Shown here: positions 59,531 to 64,000 of the stretch, piece by piece
Layout of the letters: each line of letters opens with the position of its first letter
Position numbering within the stretch: the stretch's first letter is position 1
From: an uncultured delta proteobacterium
Lineage (GTDB): Bacteria; Desulfobacterota; Binatia; Binatales; Binataceae
Reading direction: 5' to 3'
DNA: 64,000 nt
Assembly (NCBI GenBank): GCA_963842085.1
Contig: CAWJET010000002.1
Location: 768,001-832,000 of the forward strand
Program-made: the position numbers and the translations under genes
Notes under the pieces: generated by a model
Database searches by the model: none
What the model was told of the DNA's origin: nothing
What the model saw: only the letters and a program-made list of their open reading frames with translations

Positions 59531-59998
59531 ATGGCGAAGGAAATCGAACGCAAGTTCCTGGTGCGCCCGCGCAAATGGAGTGATCTGGGATCCGGCCTCG
59601 CCATTCGCCAGGGCTACCTATCCGCCACGGCGCAAAGCTCGGTCCGCGTGCGCACCTACGGAGACCGCGCCTATGTGACGATCAAGGGAAACACCTCGGA
59701 CATTACGCGCGACGAATACGAGTACGAGATTCCGGCGGTCGATGCGCACGAGATCCTGGGCAACCTGTGCGAGCATCCGCCGATCGAAAAGACCCGCTAC
59801 CGAATCGTGTTCAAGGGCCATACCTGGGAGGTTGATGAATTTGGCGGCGCGAACCGCGGACTGACGCTGGCCGAAGTCGAACTCAAGGATCCCAGAGAGC
59901 AAGTTGAGCTTCCTGACTGGATCGACCGCGAAGTGAGCGGCGATCCGCGCTATTTCAATTCGAACCTGTCGATCAAACCATTCTCCACCTGGAAATAA
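59531..59998 (+). CDS. CYTH-domain protein (class IV adenylate cyclase / triphosphatase family)
   Basis: EIERKFLV, QGYL, RVR, EYEY, EK.R, WEVD.F, AEVEL. Confidence 0.93.
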   Translation: MAKEIERKFLVRPRKWSDLGSGLAIRQGYLSATAQSSVRVRTYGDRAYVTIKGNTSDITRDEYEYEIPAVDAHEILGNLCEHPPIEKTRYRIVFKGHTWEVDEFGGANRGLTLAEVELKDPREQVELPDWIDREVSGDPRYFNSNLSIKPFSTWK

Positions 59999-60037
59999 TT
60001 TGCAGGTGAATTTTGTTGTGAGGAGGAGTGGAACTCA

Positions 60038-60598
60038 GTGAAAGTCTCTGACTTGATGACCCGCGAAGTGCGAGCGTGCACGATTCACGACTCGTTGAAT
60101 GGGGCGGCCCGGATAATGTGGGACCACGATTGCGGATGCGTGCCAATCGTCGATGGGCACGGCAGACTGGCGGGAATCGTCACCGACCGCGACATCTGCA
60201 TGGCGGCATACACCCAGGGCCTGGCGCTCGAGGCGATTCCGGTCGAGCGCGTGATGTCGGCTCAGGTGGTTTCATGTGCGCGCGGCGACGATCTGGCGAC
60301 CGCGCATCGCCTGATGCGAACGCACGAGATTCACCGTATCCCGGTGGTTGATTCGCGCGGCCGGCTGGTCGGAATCCTGTCTTTGAGCGATCTGGTCGGT
60401 CATGGCAGCGGAGAGAGCGCGGCACCGTCGGAGGCAGTGGAAATCGTCGCGACGTTATCCGCGATTCGCCGGCGTCGCGCACGCGCAGCGGCCGCCGCTG
60501 CTTCATCGAATGGAGACGCGGTCCCGGCCGGCGAATCGATTAACCCGCCGAAGAAAAAGCGCACGCGCGCAAGAAAGCCATCCGCCGATCTTCGCTAG
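60038..60598 (+). CDS. CBS-domain protein
   Basis: V.DLMT, G..TDRDI, RIPVVD..G.L.GI.SL.D. Confidence 0.92.
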   Translation: MKVSDLMTREVRACTIHDSLNGAARIMWDHDCGCVPIVDGHGRLAGIVTDRDICMAAYTQGLALEAIPVERVMSAQVVSCARGDDLATAHRLMRTHEIHRIPVVDSRGRLVGILSLSDLVGHGSGESAAPSEAVEIVATLSAIRRRRARAAAAAASSNGDAVPAGESINPPKKKRTRARKPSADLR

Positions 60599-60672
60599 GC
60601 GTTCGTCGCCCGGTGCGTTGCCGCGGTTATTCCGGGCTGCGCATCAAGCCGGTGCTCTGGTAGAATGCGCCG

Positions 60673-63069
60673 ATGGCTGAAGGGCAGCCACGAATTACCA
60701 CCGCGGGCTCGCGCGCCGCCGCCGCGTACGCACTGATGATCGGCGGCCTGGTGCTGGTGTACTTGTGGATTCGCTCGTACGGCGAGACGCTCGGCGCACC
60801 CGCGCACGTCGGGAGTAACGTCTTCGGCTCGGCCGCATCGCGTGCGAGCCAGGGCGACCTGCTGCACGTGCTGCTCGCGCTGGTGGTGGTGATCGCGACC
60901 GCGCGAGCGATGGGTTGGGTCTTCCGCAGCGCCAAGCAACCGCAGGTAGTCGGCGAAATTCTGGCCGGAGTCGTGCTTGGTCCGTCGCTGCTCGGGCGGC
61001 TGGCGCCGGGCGCGGAAGGATACCTGTTTCCGGCAGCGGTGGGGCCGTTTCTCAATATCATCGCCCAGGTTGGGGTCATCCTTTATATGTTCCTGGTCGG
61101 GCTCGAGCTCGACCCCGCGCTGCTCCGCAAACGCGGTCACACGACCGTCGCCATCTCCCACGCGAGCATCATCACGCCGTTCCTGCTCGGCGCGCTGATT
61201 GCGCTTTATCTTTATCCGAAGCTATCGACCAGCGACGTGCCGTTCACCTGCTTCTCGCTTTTCCTGGGCGTTTCGATGTCGGTAACCGCGTTTCCGGTGC
61301 TGGCGAGAATCTTAACCGATCGGAGGATTCACAAAACCCGCATGGGTGCGATCGCGCTGACCTGCGCGGCCGTGGACGACGTGACCGCGTGGTGCATGCT
61401 GGCCTTCGTGGTCAGCGTGGCGCGGGCGCAGGCGACCGGCGCAGTGGCGACGATCGCGATGGCGCTGGGGTTTATTCTCCTGATGATCCTGGTGGTGCGG
61501 CCGGCGATGGTCCGGCTGTCGCTGCTGTATGGAAATCGCGGGCGGCTGACGCAGGGCGTGATGGCGTCGATATTCATCGCGCTGCTGATCTCCGCGTCAG
61601 CCACCGAATTGATTGGCATCCATGCCGTGTTCGGCGCGTTCGCGCTTGGGGCCGTGATTCCGCATGACAGCGGGATGGCGCGCGAGCTCACGGACCGCCT
61701 CGAAGACATCGTCATCGTGCTGTTGCTGCCGGCATTTTTCGCATACACGGGACTGCGCACGCAGATCGGGCTGGTCAATGGATACGAGCAATGGATGATG
61801 TGTGCGCTAATCGTGGTCGTCGCGTCGGCCGGCAAGTTTGGCGGCAGCGTAGTCGCGGCGCGAATCACGGGGCTTGGCTGGCGCGACTCGTCGGCGCTCG
61901 GGGTTTTGATGAACACGCGCGGCCTGATGGAACTGATCGTGCTGAATATTGGGTTGGAAATGAACGTCATCTCGCCGACGCTGTTCGCGATGCTGGTGAT
62001 CATGGCGCTGGTCACCACCTTTGCAACGACGCCGATTCTGCATCTGATCACGCGCCGGCAACTTCCGGAGGTCGCGCCGTTTCCGGAGCTCGGCACGTTT
62101 TCGCCCGAACCGGCGGTTTCGCCGCAAGCTCCGATCCTCGCGCCGCATCCAACTCCGCATCCCGCACGGTATCCCGCACCGCGGCCGGCGCAGCCGCCGC
62201 ACCGTCCGATACTGGTCGGTACCGAACACAGCGCCATCCTGGTGCCGGTCTCGAACCCGGAAGGCGTGTCGATCCTGGTCGAGATCGCGCTGGCGGCTAC
62301 GCCGCACGACGCACCGCCGCCGCGCGTTCTCGCACTGGTGAAGACCCCGCCGGGCGGAGTGCGCTCGGGACTGCGCGAGGCCGAGCAGCGCGTGCCGCCC
62401 CGCTCTCCCGCACTGGCCGCGGCATTGGACCTCGCGTTGGAGCGCGGCAGCATCATCACGCCGCAAGCGGTATGGACGACGAACCCCGCGGCGGACATCC
62501 TGGCGTTTGCCAGGGAACCGCAAATCGGATGGTTGCTGCTCGGATCGCATCGCGCGGTCTTCGGATCCGACTTCATGGGCGGCGTGGTGCGCGAAATCCT
62601 CGACAAGGCGCGCGCGTTGCCGGTTCACGTTGCGGTCGTCATTCACGGCGGCGAACGGCCGCTGGACCGGGTGTTTGCGGTGGTGGATCGCGGGACGCAC
62701 GGGCGCGCGGCGCTCGACCTCGCGCTGCGCGTCGCATTGCGCAAGAAGTCCGGCCTGCACGCGGTGCTGGTGCCGGAGAATGGGGCGGAGGAGGACACGG
62801 AACTGCTCGAACTGATTCGCGACGCCGGTCGCGCGCTGGGACGGCGGCTGCATACCGACGTGTTGAGTGCGCCGACCGCTGCGCAACTGGCGCGTCAGAC
62901 GCCAGGCGGCCTGGTCGTAATCGCGACCAACCTCGCCGATAAGGTCGGCCTCTCGCCCGAAGATCTCACCGACCCCAAACGATGCGTGGTGGTGGTGCAG
63001 GGATCAGAAACCGCACCCGCCCGGCTCGGCGCCCGCACAATAGAGCATCATCGAAACGTCAAGCCTTAG
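60673..63069 (+). CDS. CPA2 cation:proton antiporter with C-terminal USP-like domains
   Basis: [31 protein letters not shown]. Confidence 0.93.
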   Translation: MAEGQPRITTAGSRAAAAYALMIGGLVLVYLWIRSYGETLGAPAHVGSNVFGSAASRASQGDLLHVLLALVVVIATARAMGWVFRSAKQPQVVGEILAGVVLGPSLLGRLAPGAEGYLFPAAVGPFLNIIAQVGVILYMFLVGLELDPALLRKRGHTTVAISHASIITPFLLGALIALYLYPKLSTSDVPFTCFSLFLGVSMSVTAFPVLARILTDRRIHKTRMGAIALTCAAVDDVTAWCMLAFVVSVARAQATGAVATIAMALGFILLMILVVRPAMVRLSLLYGNRGRLTQGVMASIFIALLISASATELIGIHAVFGAFALGAVIPHDSGMARELTDRLEDIVIVLLLPAFFAYTGLRTQIGLVNGYEQWMMCALIVVVASAGKFGGSVVAARITGLGWRDSSALGVLMNTRGLMELIVLNIGLEMNVISPTLFAMLVIMALVTTFATTPILHLITRRQLPEVAPFPELGTFSPEPAVSPQAPILAPHPTPHPARYPAPRPAQPPHRPILVGTEHSAILVPVSNPEGVSILVEIALAATPHDAPPPRVLALVKTPPGGVRSGLREAEQRVPPRSPALAAALDLALERGSIITPQAVWTTNPAADILAFAREPQIGWLLLGSHRAVFGSDFMGGVVREILDKARALPVHVAVVIHGGERPLDRVFAVVDRGTHGRAALDLALRVALRKKSGLHAVLVPENGAEEDTELLELIRDAGRALGRRLHTDVLSAPTAAQLARQTPGGLVVIATNLADKVGLSPEDLTDPKRCVVVVQGSETAPARLGARTIEHHRNVKP

Positions 63070-63799
63070 CCGGCCCGGATTCGCGGGCCAGCTGCTCGTT
63101 GGTCACTTCCTCGACGCCGAGCCAATTGTAGAAGAAGCCGCCGATTGCGGCGCCGGCGATTGGCGCGACCCAGAACAGCCATAACTGCGCCAGTGCCCAT
63201 CCGCCGACGAACAGCGCCGGGCCGGTGCTGCGCGCAGGATTCACCGAAGTGTTGTCGACCGGGATGCTGATCAGATGAATCAGCGTCAGCACGAGACCGA
63301 TCGGAATGGGCGCGAAGCCGACGGCCACCCGCTTGTCGGTCGAGCCCAGGATCACGATCAGGAACATGAAGGTCAGCACGAACTCGGCGACAAAAGCCGC
63401 GAGAAGACTGTAGCCGCCCGGCGAATGCACGCCGTACCCGTTGGCCGCGAACCCTGCGCTCAGGTCGAATCCCGCGGCGCCGCTGGCAATCACGTAGAGC
63501 ACGGTCGAGGCGAGAATAGCGCCAATCAGTTGCGCGATAATGTAGGGTGGGACTTCGCGCGCCGGGAATCGCTTGCCGGCCCACAATCCGATCGTAACCG
63601 CGGGATTGATATGGCATCCCGAGATCGATCCGATCGTGAACGCCATCGTAAGGAGGGTCAGGCCAAACGCAAACGCCACTCCTAGAAATCCGATTCCGAC
63701 CTTGGGAAAGCCCGCGGCAAGCACAGCGCTGCCGCATCCGCCGAAAACGAGCCAGAAGGTGCCGATCAACTCCGCTGCAAAACGCCGCGACATGCTCAT
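63059..63799 (-). CDS. aqpZ: Aquaporin Z
   Basis: AE..GTF.LVFGGCG, two NPA motifs, NGYG.HSPGGY. Confidence 0.95.
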   Translation of the reverse strand: MSMSRRFAAELIGTFWLVFGGCGSAVLAAGFPKVGIGFLGVAFAFGLTLLTMAFTIGSISGCHINPAVTIGLWAGKRFPAREVPPYIIAQLIGAILASTVLYVIASGAAGFDLSAGFAANGYGVHSPGGYSLLAAFVAEFVLTFMFLIVILGSTDKRVAVGFAPIPIGLVLTLIHLISIPVDNTSVNPARSTGPALFVGGWALAQLWLFWVAPIAGAAIGGFFYNWLGVEEVTNEQLARESGPAKA

Positions 63800-63894
63800 G
63801 GCCGCTCTCCCTGAAGTTCGAGACGTTGAATCGGTTCAGCGGTATCGCGGCGCGGAGTCAAACGCAAACCAATCAGACGAGTCGCAACAAATCG

Positions 63895-64000
63895 CTACTT
63901 CTTGATCGCCTCGACGTCGATTGAAATAGCCACCTCGTCGCCGACCAGCACGCCGCCCGCCTCCAGGGCTTTGTTCCAGGTGAGGCCGAAATCGCTGCGC
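63895..64000 (-). CDS. YceI-family protein, C-terminal part
   Basis: RSDFGLTWNKALEAGGVLVGDEVAISIDVEAIKK*. Confidence 0.85.
   Translation of the reverse strand, partial: RSDFGLTWNKALEAGGVLVGDEVAISIDVEAIKK

Overview
GC-rich bacterial chromosome segment. The gene content suggests Candidatus Binatota or a related deltaproteobacterial-like lineage, but this is inference. Positions 1-30.8 kb and 49.6-64 kb are mostly backbone: uvrB, uvrA, three tandem polyproline-linker OmpA lipoproteins, a pair of acyl-CoA dehydrogenases, TolC, comF-purM-purN-grxC, higBA, TetR/HlyD/ABC efflux, sigma54-type two-component genes, a TraR/DksA protein, CYTH/CBS proteins, a cation antiporter and aqpZ. An ~18.6 kb tyrosine-integrase island (30927-49540) sits in a minus-strand tRNA-Arg(TCG) gene. 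Unusually, the 33-bp duplicated att covers the 5' half of the tRNA, so the element supplies the working 5' half and its upstream region. The island core (integrase, CGNR-zinc-finger protein, excisionase, Toprim primase, iteron arrays at both ends) looks like a small integrative replicon or satellite. It is split by ~14.4 kb of IS-bounded cargo: three IS elements without target duplications, a VapBC-like pair, a decayed DISARM DrmD helicase, a cyclase-STAND ATPase and a CxxCH protein. Also notable are a junction at 1615-1697 that fuses diverged copies of two gene 3' ends, a 218-bp MITE, an in-frame amber codon in an oxidoreductase and a homopolymer frameshift in pgeF. No CRISPR array, rRNA or reverse transcriptase was seen.
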